From NCBI GenBank assembly GCA_977030845.1, contig OZ365113.1, forward strand, positions 12,772,001-12,836,000: a stretch of 64,000 bases of DNA, read 5' to 3'. The position numbers were made by a program, and so were the translations under genes. Shown here one piece after another: positions 1 through 12,812 of this stretch. Origin of the DNA: Fimbriosthenelais zetlandica (lineage: Eukaryota). The notes beneath the pieces are model-generated. The model ran no database searches and was not told the origin of the DNA. It saw nothing but the letters and a program-made list of their open reading frames with translations. The first letter of the stretch is position 1. The number at the start of each line of letters is the position of its first letter.

Positions 1-291
1 CGTGTTTTTAAGCGAAATCCAAGAAGACGCTGACGTCTCTAAAACTATAGATTTTGTGTAACGTACTCGATATTCATGGAAGTATAACCATTACACATAA
101 GTAAAGGATCCTGGGACTTTGGTTAACAGGTGAGAGAAGATTGGTGCAACTGATACTCAGACTGCCTTCTCCATTCTGCAACTCTAACTGAGAAAGTATT
201 GAAATATTAGAAACTTGTTTTTCTGGGAGTGGGAATTAAGAGAGAGTTGGAGAGAGTGGGTGGCACAGCAGCTGATGCATGCCACACTTAC

Positions 292-342
292 GTTTACAAA
301 ACATGTCCATAAAAGATAAATCTTTAGCATGTGTAACATGTC
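292..342 (-). other. Isolated exon-like segment (51 nt) of an unidentified minus-strand gene leaving the window
   Basis: Strong acceptor (tttatttttatttcag) and donor (gtaagt); two frames are open (HVTHAKDLSFMDMFCK or DMLHMLKIYLLWTCFVN); no homology recognised. Confidence 0.35.
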
Positions 343-469
343 CTGAAATAAAAATAAAGTAGAAGCTATATATTCGCGACAGATGTGAGCATGAGCTCAC
401 TGTTATCTTATTATCTTATTCATTTCTGGGTATTATTTTATTATCTGTGTTCATTTCTGGGTGTACTTT

Positions 470-499
470 GGGGGGGGGGGCGGGGGGGGGGGGGGGGGG
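470..499 (+). repeat. Poly-G tract (about 30 nt, one C interruption)
   Basis: Directly visible; preceded by an imperfect ~25 bp tandem duplication (ttattatct...ttcatttctgggt). Confidence 0.9.
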
Positions 500-3400
500 T
501 TTGTGGCAGAAACCTTAATTAAAATGATCTCTGATCATTGGGGACTTCCAATGTAGGCCTATAGTATACCTCAACAGTTTACTCTAAAGCTTTCCCTCCA
601 TAATATTGATGTATATTTGGTAATGGACAATTCAGAAATATGATGCCCAGATGCATCAAGACTTGGAGAAGAAGAAGATGGATGGGGCTTCCTTACATAG
701 CAAGAGTGAAATATGTTGTAATTGGCTGCAAAGAATACATTTTTCTACCCCACCGAAAGCTTATAATATTATCCTTTTAGCTGTCAAGACAAGGCACGGG
801 AAAGACCCTTTTCTACGTAAACATGATCCTGACTTTGGTCTTACCTCTGGTACTAAGCTGCTTCTGAGCTAATAAATATTAGAACCGTTTTTCAGCACAA
901 ATTTGAATTTTTATGAATACAGTAATATGGGATGCCTGAGAGCTCCATCCCTCAACTACAACACTCTGCACCTTATAATAGTTAAAACTGTAAGAGAAGA
1001 ATCATACATTGGGCACGAGTTTGATTTAAAAGTAAGTTTAATTATTCCTGTTGAAGTAATTGTTTGTGCACATGAGGGATTTTCAGCTTGGTGAAATGCA
1101 AAATCAACATTAAAAAAATTAATGAGTTGTTAATCTGCCAGAATATTGGTGGCGCAGGTCATGACAAAATACTGAATATTACCTTTTTCACTAGATGCAT
1201 TCAGACAAAATATTCAATTACAGAATTACATTCAAGCCCTTTTGAAATTCCCACAATAAAGTCCTGAAGTGCCCCCACTGAAATTGACTTGGTAAGAATG
1301 ACTCATTTCATTTATATAACAATGACCCTCTTTTGACACCTTTTGATCAAGGAACAAACGGAAGTATAGTCGGTATATTCACCTTGAAAGCTAATACATG
1401 TAATTGCCTTTACATTTATTTGATTTAAAGGTCCTATCAACATGAGGTATAGGTCCCTATTATAAAAAGAAAAGAAGCACATAAAGTGGCTAGTTTACAT
1501 GAGCAAAGCTTATCAAATTCATGCTCAAAGAGGTGAACTGGAAACTGAAAGGCTTGTCACTAAAGGTGATGACAACCGACCTGAGGCATAGATAAATGAC
1601 ATGGCTTCTGACTTCATTGATTCTACAGAAGCCTTGCAGCAACCAGGGCGTAGCTTCCCGGCCAGAGTCAGAGTGATTTAACATTTTGGCTTGTGGCTTC
1701 AGGGGCCTTATCCTATCCAGTGGCGCCCTAAAATGTCACGTCAACTGGTCCCCTAGCCCACCAAAATGCCACCACCAATGGCATGTACGTATGGCAACCA
1801 GACTCGGGCAAATACCGCTCACATCAAGTCTTCGGTTTTGACAAGTACTATTTTCAGAGAGCTTATCAATACCTTCGGAATTATTGATAGTCTGTGAACA
1901 TGACTGTCTTTTGATTGATGAGGATTTGGAAATCACAAAAACGGATTGATATGCAGGGGTATCTGGGTGACCTAGCCAAACTACCAACTTTAAAACTATC
2001 TAAATCACTATAAGGGACAACCGTTTATGGCCCTGAAAGCTCTTTCATTTCCTCTGTCTTGGGAAACAGGCCCCTATATATAGTGTCAAATCTCAGAAGG
2101 GTTTATCTGCGGCAACCAAGTCACAGTTGATGACCTTTACCAAGTTTTGACCTGTAGGAAGGCAGGGACCAGATGATGTCTTTCGGAATGAGAAGTGAAA
2201 TGTCACATCGTTATAGCTGGGCTGTGCACGTACAGGGAAATCTGCCTCTGTAGGAATCACAAATGCTGGGAGCTAATTCAAACATAACACATACACACCT
2301 TTAGGGATGCTCACCAGGGACATCACTATATATACTCCATAATGGAACATTGGCAAATGTACTGCACTGTTGTTATTGAACAACCGTTTGTGTTATTAAG
2401 TGTAGTCAACGATGCCCTCTTTGCTGTGTGAGATGAGAGGGTACAATTGATGACTTTGGCATCAAATTTCTCAACATTCACTGTTACTCAAAAGGTAACA
2501 GAGACAACACAGCCAACAGGGTAATGTAACACTAAGATGATGTCACTGAAGGATTTTCGTTCTATGAAATGGCAAAATGATCGTTGATATATTATATCAG
2601 AAAAGTTCAATATCAAAATGAGAGTCGTAAGTCTAAGCTTGGAAATTATAATTTTCCAGAAGAAAAAGACAGGAGCAATTGGAGAATCTTTACCTTCCTT
2701 GTTGATCATTGATTTGTTTCGGTCAATAGACTTGGATTCAATGACGTGATAAATCAATACTACATGCAGGAATTGAAGGTACTTCTTTCCTTTAAAATGT
2801 TCGACTCGGAAGTGGGAAGTTTTTCGACTTTGAACAGGAGACAATAATTTCCTTTCCCAATAATTACATGAATGGATACGTTGGACAAACAGACAGCTGG
2901 TAATTGATGGGAATAATCGAGTACCTGAGGGACTGCAGTAACCAGGGAACATTTTGGTGATCAGTCCCATCAATTAGACGAATTTGCACTTGTGTTACAG
3001 CTTTTAATCTTGCAGATTTTGTTGAAACGAGATGTTGTTGGGCCAGATGGGCCAAGTTTTTAATCACAAGGTAGGGCTAGGCCTACATCAAGGAAAGAAG
3101 GATTAGAACTAGTATATAGCCTTGAGCTAAACTCAAGGCTAAAGTCTGGTAAGGAAGGATTAATCTGTTTCAGGATCGCGTGAAAATGTGCCATCTATAT
3201 TATAAGTTTCAAGTATTTTCCTATCAGCATTTCTTACTATAGAAAGAATGTTAGAATAATATTTACGATGGGAAGGTAAAAAATGAAGTTTAACAATGAA
3301 AAATGTACTAGGCTACATGTATCCACTATATTTAAACCCAATCAATTACATAATAGAACTTGTCACCATCCACAATATTTGAATCGAACTTTATATATTA

Positions 3401-6240
3401 TATATATTTCATGTATATTACCATATTGAAAAAGGTTTGTACCAACGTCGCCTTATACTACGTAAACTGGTTTTTTTTTTATCCAGTTTTCTATAGGCTG
3501 CCCATCTGACTGCCTCTGAGCCACCCTTCTTGGCCTGCAAGTCGCTCGAGAGGCGAAAGAAAATTCGTGGCTTTGATCCTGGCCAAGGACTTTGGATTAC
3601 TGAGAAGGATAACACGATTCCAACCTTGACCATGATGTTGACTCTACTCATTGGCCTTTGATAAAAGCCACCCCTAATAGTTATGTCTGCATGCGAGGTC
3701 CCTAATTCATGGAAGTGACTCTCATATAAAAACTCGGTTGTCAGGAACACACGATCCTCAAGACAAAGGAGGGTTGGAAAAGATCAGTCTGACTTGCTGT
3801 TCTTTCCAGAAACAGGTGTTCAGTGAAAGTCAGTGAAAAGTAAAATTTCACTATTTAGACTTATGTATTTGGAACTACTGTATATAGCTCGAGGAGTTAT
3901 TTCCAGGAAGTACACAGATTTTGGCACAATTAATTGGGCTTTTTAAAGGGGCAAACGGATTAAACTCCATACCTTGACCATTGCAGAACCAATCACATTT
4001 AATTTGTTTTTCCTAAAACTGGTTTTTGAATTCCTTTTGCTTTTTTCTGTAATCAGGCAATTGGGTAAAAGAGCAAGTTACACCTTGAAAGTCGAGAATG
4101 GCTCCTCCGGCTACGAGTGACTCAAATTGAGAAGAAATTCATCGGGGAATTTCCTTGTTATTTCAATTACTTTTGAGATCAAGCCATTAGATACCATGGT
4201 GGTTTTTAATCCAGGAGCCTGTTTCATCATGAAAGTTAATTCAAAAGTCCATGTGTTACAGAAATGGTGTCCAGCTTTTCGGAACAAATCTATAATTCAT
4301 CGTGTTCCATAATACTATAGACCCGTCGCTTTAATTCTGAATGTAGTACCAAGCAACAGCTTTCGATGACCTTACATTCCTGATTTTACATTTCTGTTAC
4401 TAAACAGGCCAGAGTGTATACAGGTCAGATTCCAAGGATGCATTATCTCTCAGTACGTGTGTATTCCAGCAGTTCCAAACACATTACTGCCACAGAATTC
4501 GCCAGTGTTAGTGGATGAGAATGGTGTTCCGCGACATGCTAATGTCAAACTCAAGTGAATATAATCACTGTATAACATGATAGTGGAAGGCAGATTTGAC
4601 CTGCCATTACTGTCGGGGTAGCAAGCAGAATTATAACATGGCTTTCTCAAGGAGGTTTCAACACAGTGGATAGGGAGCTCCTTATGGGATTTCTTCATGT
4701 GAAATCTGTGGTAATGATATCAGGATTGATCTTCTTTGTGTTAGCCTTTCTCGGGAAGGCAAATATTGATTTATATATGTTCTTGGGGTATGTTTCCCAT
4801 GTGATATCAGGGATTTAATACTTTTGTACCTGTAGCCCAGACAACTTCCCTAACGTTTTGTTGGAAAAAGATGTATAAAATAGGTTTTGGGGGTTACTAT
4901 ATTATAAGGTATACATGAATGACTGCTGAATCTATGCATGGCCTGATGTAGTGCACAAAACATTACCACATACACTTACTATTGGCGAATGGCATTTTTG
5001 TTTATTAGTAATTTGACAGCTTAACCCACTGAGTGTTAATCAAGATCATGGAACAAGAGGTGACAATAGATGAACCTGATTTCAGACTTCATAAAATAAC
5101 GCTTCCATCGATTGAAATGAAGCCAATGAAGTCCTTTTTGAAGCTTGCCAACAACATGTTCATTATGGAGAAGTCATTAGAAGGCTTGGAGACATGAAAT
5201 GAACAGGCTCACACTTTCTTTAGCTAATCAACTTTGCCATTGGATGACTGAAAGATCAAATGAGAACAAACCTTAATTTGAGATAGCATAACAAGAAGCG
5301 CCACTTTGGGCTCTTTGAACTTAGAGGGTTGCAACACATGAATGGCTTGCTGCCTTTTTCTGAAAGGAATGGTTCCTTGAGCTCGGTGACTTGTTTCGTG
5401 AAAGGCTGGAGGTACGAAACCTTTGGGTTTCATTTCGATAGTCTGTTTCATAACAGAGATGCACTATATCAGCCAATGCCTACCCTCCGTTATTGACCTG
5501 AGACAATCTACTGCCCACTGGGCTTGCCAAAGGTTATTTGTTCATTCGGAAGGCTGATGAGACTTGGTTGTGGACAGGGCTTTGACCGGAGACCTTTACA
5601 GGGAAGACAGTGATAGATGATGGTATAAAATGGGAGGTAAAGTGTAATAAAAGTTATGAAGTTTTATCTGGCTACCAGGATCCAAACTAAAGGTATGTGG
5701 ACTGGTCCAACACTAGAAGCACTGCATTTGGGATTCCATAAAGCTAACTCTACCTACACTTAATCTGACTAAAGGTTTTTTGACCCTGTATACACCTCCC
5801 TTTTCATCCTCGTTCCACTCCTCGTAGGCCCCCTACTGTTTTTCTGATAAATGCGGAATTGCCCAAATGATAAGGACTGAGTCTGAGGAGATTTCTTATA
5901 TTGGGCCAATAAGGTCCACTTTTTGGTAAGTACCCCAGATAATCACTTGTAGGTTGACAAGGGCTGATGCCTGCAGCTGATATGGGCGAATCATGAGCTT
6001 GGTGGACTGGGCAATGTTAGACAAGCCATACTCCATGAAAATAGTGATGGATTCATATCAGATTCCCATGGAGGGTTTGAAGGAAGTCCCTAAAGACAAA
6101 GTTGGAATAGTATCATTCCCTGTAATAATATATTCATGAATAGTGGATCATCTATAGCAGTTATCCCGAATAAGCTTAATGAATTGCATTCGTAACACCC
6201 AGGAAGCGTCAGGCACTGCTGCTTGCATACAACGTACATG

Positions 6241-6402
6241 TAGCGTCAAATGGAAATACCTAGTACAAGTCACATTTTGGAACAAAGGTCAAGATTCTAC
6301 TTACTAGGGTCCACTACGAAGCCTTTTGGAGTTGAACATTTAAACCAGTTTTTTTTCAAAACTAGAAAAATGTGACATAATAGGTATTTCCATTGGATGC
6401 TA
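6241..6402. mobile_element. MITE-like element with ~38 bp imperfect terminal inverted repeats
   Basis: Left arm tagcgtcaaatggaaatacctagtacaagtcacatttt matches the reverse complement of the right arm (tagcatccaatggaaatacctattatgtcacatttt); no ORF. Confidence 0.7.
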
Positions 6403-9400
6403 GACATGCGATAGTTTTAAGCAAATATCTTTTGTTAGAATTTGCTGATGTCTAATGATTTCTATAGACTAAATGTGTGGCTAAATCTTTATTCTTCATT
6501 CATAAATTCTGGCTTTTGATCTATACCTTTTCAATGCCTTGGGCAGTGCCTGAGGCACGAAGACCAACAACGATGGGGAATTATTAAAGAATTAATTAAT
6601 CTCATTGAATGAAGTGACATGTATCTTTTTACAAAGAATATTTTTAACGCTGAAACGACATCTGTGATGAGTAGCTGGGAGGTTGTGGCCAATATTGGCA
6701 GTAGCTGTTATAACCTTGAGTATGTTGCTCTTGATCCTAATCATACTGGTATATTACCTGATAAATACCCTCACCATACAGACTTCTATAGATGGGGCGC
6801 GCCTCCAGCCGACACACCTATGATGATTTAGCACATTGGAGGTGGCAGAAGAATCATATTACAGTCACGTTACGTTATGGCACTATATATACGTGGTTGC
6901 GACCAATTCATTTCTTTCTACTCTCTTCTCCTTACTTGGTTGTCATTTGGCATCTGTAATCTTTATACCTCATTAATGAAATATTGAGCTCTATGCTACT
7001 TAGTTAAAGGGAGTCTCAGTCACAAAACATAGTTTGGCAGATGCGGGATTGTACTATAATGTTAGGGCTGTTAGGACACCTACCTTTCTACTAGCCCTTT
7101 ATCTCACTGCCAGAATGGGGAGAATTCTTAATATTATGATTATAATGGTGAAACGACAGTTAGTAAAACATACTGAATCGTATATGAAAGCTGATCTAAA
7201 TTTATCTTTGACTCTATCAGGGGCATGTTTCAAAGATAAGGACCATAATTGACAATGTTTGCGCTGATACGGGCCCCAGGTGAGAGTCATCTATTGTGAC
7301 GAAAAGGGATGTGAAATCTTCAGGCAGTAGAAATAGCTGTTGGTACAGGATTCTTTGTTTGAATTTCCGTGAACTAATAGTGTGATGAAACGTTAACATA
7401 AACATGGGCGCTGCTTTGGGAAAGTAATTTCTACCTGTAGAATCAAGTTACTTCTGTGTCTGGCCCAATATGTTTGAATTGTAGAAGGATTGATGGCAGT
7501 CTGTGTTAAAATTATTCATCGCATTGTGCATTAGACTCAATCGGTACTCACTGATGGCAAGTAGATATAACTTGCCAGCACCAGCATGTATAAGGGACAT
7601 TTTTACGCCGACTATTTTATACAACAATGGCATGATGCATTACTTTCCTAATCCTAATGATTCTTCTGAAACAAGCCGAGGGATCAGCAGTATATTCTCC
7701 CATGTGGATGCTAAAACGAACTTATGGGTTGCAAGGTTCTGTGCCTTTTTTGAATAATAAAGTTATGAGGGAGATATCGATAGCATGTAATCTGACTACT
7801 TGGAGAATTAATGGTATGCAATACAGTTTGCATTCATGAACAGCCATGCCAACCTCTGTGATGGGGCTATGTGTGGTTGATATTACCTGCCCTAATGTCA
7901 TAACAATACGCAGGTGTCACGGCCAGACATTAAATTATTCAACTCCTATACTATATGGAGCTGTAGCTAGAAGATTCAAATGATACATTAGAATCTGCTA
8001 CATTGCAATACAAGAGGATTTAATGTTCCCCAATAGTTATATCAGATATCTATTCAGTCTCAAATGACCTTTTATGTTTTTCTGAAACCAAAGTAGACTC
8101 AGACATTGTGTTTAACAATAAAAACAGGAGATACCCTATACTTCAGGTACTATATAGCCTGAGAGGTCCTACATTTGGAAATAATAAAGTTTTCCTAATG
8201 TTCCTTTTATCCTGTACTGATGGTACCAATGCATTAGATATCATGATCCTATTTCGTGATAGCACTCTCATCTCACAAGCGTATCTATAGTCTAATTCCC
8301 TTTAGGTTGGGTAAGGAGAACATAGACATACGTCATTCAGGACCATGGGACATTATCTCTCCTCCCATCAACCAAAGGCAAAATACGCCCTACCTCGACG
8401 TGCAAGAAACGTGTTCAGGACCGTATCATTGAGGTACAATTTTCACTAGGGTATGTTAGTCCATTATAAATCTTATAAGTTGCGCATCTCTGTGATGAAA
8501 AGACATCCCTGGTTCAAAACGTATCGTTCATGGACCCCCGTGCGTTGGATGGAACATTATTTGATGAATCAATCTAAACGCAATCTCATGAAGTTTGAGC
8601 ATTTATCCTATTCTAAGAAAGTCCCAATAAGAGATCGAACATGAATAAATTTGGTTGTACTTTTGTCAAATTATTCATGAATTCTGTAAACTTTGTTGGG
8701 AATAACTGCTTCCTCTTTTGCCTTATAAATATGCCCTTGAATGGTTCCTTTGGAACTTGTGAGATTTGGACAGGGACTTCTGGATGTGACCCTGGCCTCT
8801 TCCGGGCTTATCTGGAAATAAACAGGCCCTAACAGTAGCCAATAAATAATGGATTATCTGTCACGCGGAACCTAGGTGTTATTATTTGAGAATTTTACAT
8901 TGTACTATCTGGGGCGTATCATCATGAAAAGAGACTTTTTGAGGCAGTAAATCTTTTATATGCAAAATAAATGTTCGGAATCAACCATTGTCGGGCACTT
9001 TATGGCCCCGAAAATGACAAGCTCTATAATAATAAAAATGGATTTTAAAAAAGTGTTGGTTTTCACAAGGGATGAATTGGAAAATCTTCACACACTCGGC
9101 CGTGGTTCTGCTGGACATACATCATGAGCCCAATCAAAAAGAAATAATTTCATTGTATGGTAATTTTATAGTTGCTGCTGATAAGAGATAACAATATTCC
9201 CTGCATGCTTTTGCTATTTACCCACCACATGAACATTGTTCCGTACATTTAATATATGTAAAACATGTAAAATATTAGCAAAAATTCACGGGACGTATAT
9301 ATAGGGTCTAATATGTTATTTAAATGTATAGATTTAATGAGGTATCGGTTCTTATCCTATGCTAATCCACCATGCAGTTCAAGGAATGTTCAGCCACTTA

Positions 9401-12122
9401 CGTCCGCCTAAATATACCTACATATATACTAGACAATGAATTATATAGTCCGATTTTAAAAACAGGCGTATGAGAGGGGTGCAATGAACCAATTTGCTGA
9501 CAATGAACCATTAACAATAAAGACACCACAATCATTGAAGTTATTCATAAGCATATATGCCCATGGTATACAGCACTATGAACTACTGCCCGTTTAAAAA
9601 AAAACTAAATCTTTGTCTAATATGTATACATGCATGGGGCTATTTTAGAAGGTAAAATGACACAGTAACCATGCATAGATTTACCATAGATTTACCATTA
9701 GCTAATGTAGCGCATCTTTAATATGGACATGACCTGAAGGAAATAACTCCAATCCCCAAGATTGCATTACTTCCCGATTATAACCAAATACACCCACGCC
9801 CAAAGACTCCACCAAGCCAGGCCTCCAGGCCAATGGTGGATACTATAAACTTAAAAATGTTAATGATTATAATTATTGATTATACACAGGAACATAAACA
9901 GGAAGAAAAGGTTGGTTTCGTGCATGCATGATAATTCAGCCAATACCAGTAAAAGCAGGCCCCAGAAACTGTCTATTTAAGTACATTAATCATTTTAATA
10001 AAATATTATATACAGCAGCGGCCTAGCATTAGTCGATGGATATCCCATATTGAGCCCATTCTATCTTTCCCAATCATCCCCTACTTCAAATTTACTATGA
10101 CAGTGCACATTTTGATTCTTACATATAGCCAATAAATAGGAGAGATCTACTCACAAAACCACTTCGAAAATCGTTTTTGGAAAAAGAATCTTTTGACTAA
10201 AGATTTTGTAATAACACATTCCTCAGTGATCTCTACTGCGTCCTGTCCTGTTATTTATGCTTTTATGCAAATCTTTGCAAGCGAAGCATCAAGAATAGTC
10301 CACGTGACAGCAACAACTTTCAGAGCACTATATTCCAAGCTAAGCCGTGGAATATTTCAAACACACTATTCATGTTACAGTGAATACATTATTGCTCCTG
10401 AGGTCATAGAGTAGGATAAGACAATGTTATTCACGACCAACTTTCAAGCATAAAAGACATTTCTGTCACCATACATTCTCAGCTGGTTCACGAGACGGGC
10501 TTTTTAGAAACATCTCCCGGGGGAACCTAAAGATTTACTCTGGCCAATGAAACTAGTAATTGCATGAAGGTGATAGCCCTGCAGTAATATTCGCTTAAGG
10601 CCAATAACAAAAGGGCCCTCAACTAAAATGACCATAATTTTAGCACAAGAGGTACTAAGAGGTAAAGTTTCCTTTAATGCGTCTGACTTAAGAGAGGAAT
10701 AACATGAATAAATCCAGGTGTCTCGAAAATATCGATACCGATGTTATAACCGTGAATGTATGTATGTGAAAGAAGACCTCGATCCAGATTCTGGCCAGAG
10801 TTTCACGTCACTGTAACTGGAAACGTTAATTGCTATTTTCACGTTTCCTTGTGAAATTCACATGACTGTAGTGACGTGTGCAGGCCCTATTGTCTATAAT
10901 CTAGCACATCCTCGCTGCTGTGAAACAGATCCCTGGACTTGAAAAGGATTTAATCTCTCCATGAAGTGTTAAGAGATTATGAAAACTTTAGGAAAATCCT
11001 TTTCAAGTCTTTCTCGCTAAATCAAATTCACTTGTTCAGTCAAGTCCAAAATTGTTTAAGGGATAAAGCTTCTACTGCATTGCACTCTTTTGACACCCTA
11101 GGTGACAGATCCAATATGGTAACATCTTATGCCGTCAGTTGAACCTATTCTATATGAAATAGAGAATGAAGAGGTGGGAAAACGAACCGAGACGGAAAGG
11201 TGATAAAGATTCATTAGTGGAGAAAATGAGGATGGGTATATGGGGAGTACAAAGGGCCAGGAACCCCTTTCAAAAGAAATGTGTGGCATTGAACCTATTC
11301 TACTATATTATATTATGTAGAGAAATCATGGGGGAGCGAGAGAAAGAAAAGCAATGAAAGGCAATTCACCTACCATTGGAAAATTGGCCCCAATGGTATC
11401 ACATTGACCCTGTCCTTAATTACACCCAAAGGGTCCCATAGAAAAAAGTTGGATAGAAATGAAAAATTCAGCTGCTCAATTGGACTAAAATAAAAAGATT
11501 TTACTTCTTCCATTATCGAATGATGCAATTTAAGTTAAGATGGCTAAAATTCATGAATCAGCAAGTGCACCTTTTATGGACCGAGAACTTTAAACAGGAT
11601 CCGAGTTGCTGCAATATATCACGATTATAGTAAAGTGTTAACAAATAAGGTCATCCCATGTCGCATCTTCATGGACATTGTAAGAACATTAAATCCAGAG
11701 GTATGGACAGATAAAATCAATCATCCTCACCCATAATGATAATCTCTCCATCTGTCAATTGATGCTCTAGACAAGGTTCATTTAGGGCCATACTCCTTGT
11801 CATCAACAACTTGCATATATAATATAACAAATTGATGTAATATTTCTTCAGGATTTACTAGGTCCCATTTTGCTAGCCATCGATAACTATTTGGCTAATA
11901 TACTTCGAAGGGCAGATTAATCACAGCATAGACTGGAATTGGTCATGAGGCTTAAAGAGAGCACATATATATGGTATTTACTGGGGGCACTGTCTTGAGA
12001 GGGAATGTAACGCATTTTGGGGGTATTGAATACCAAGGTAGCATTGAGAACACATTGATAGAAATATTGACAGCCTATATATCCCTGCGGGAAGATATAG
12101 CGCATGAAAACACAGCGAGCGA

Positions 12123-12143
12123 TGACGTCACAGGATGACGTCA
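12123..12143. promoter_or_regulatory. Two tandem perfect CRE/ATF palindromes (TGACGTCA x2)
   Basis: TGACGTCA at 12123-12130 and 12136-12143; function unproven and possibly repeat-derived. Confidence 0.35.
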
Positions 12144-12601
12144 CAAGCGCTATAGCCACCAATTTGAACCCAAATTTATAAATACAATATATATCCTACC
12201 TATTTTAAATGTTCTTAAAACCATCATATATATTTGGTCATCAAAACAGTTAATGAAGTCGACAAAATTCTATCCTTCATATAAAGTTCTGAAAGATTTG
12301 AGAAAAGCTAGGGAACTATTTTTCATGGCGGCCCTAGCCAAATCACAACCTTGCAGGATCATAGGGCGACCGCATTGACTTAGTGTCCCGCTCACGCCCC
12401 GACGACAGACGAGTAAATGTGATTTTTTTAATTCATTTTAAGAGGTGAAACAAATACAAAATGAACCTCGGGCGTGGAGAGGCCTTGGTCATTTCCCTGG
12501 TGTAGGTGTATGACTGCGGGCTCTTGGGCATACACGGCCTACACAACTCGGCAAAATATCAGGCCTCTTCACGCCCTTGGAACCTTCATTATGCCCATAT
12601 A

Positions 12602-12812
12602 GGCCATGGTGCACTGCCCATATGAAGCCTAGTCCCAAATCCTTCCACAAAATAGTGCAATAAAGCCCCAATAATTTCTATAAAACTGCAGGAAAGTACG
12701 TGGAAAACTTTTTTTCTGATATTAAAGAGTATTTGCAACAATTTACAACTGGAATTTTTTAGTCCCCCGACGACGAAACGAACCTGAACGATATGGGCAG
12801 TGCACCATGGCC
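12602..12812. mobile_element. MITE with perfect 22 bp TIRs (GGCCATGGTGCACTGCCCATAT) and TA target-site duplication
   Basis: TIRs at 12602-12623 and 12791-12812; TA flanks at 12600-12601 and 12813-12814; non-coding interior. Confidence 0.85.

Noticed and set aside
2488-2973. 161 aa minus-strand ORF
   Set aside because: No motif or splice support; the length is within chance expectation.
651-6110. Several plus-strand stretches that read as protein-like (651-1094 in one frame with two stops; about 5045-5195; 5300-5750; 5830-6130)
   Set aside because: No family recognised; stop density is close to what AT-rich random DNA gives, so a decayed gene cannot be supported.
8380-8450. LYLNDTVLNTFL resembling the Ulp1 protease WLND motif
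   Set aside because: Surrounded by stops and no catalytic His/Cys motifs found.
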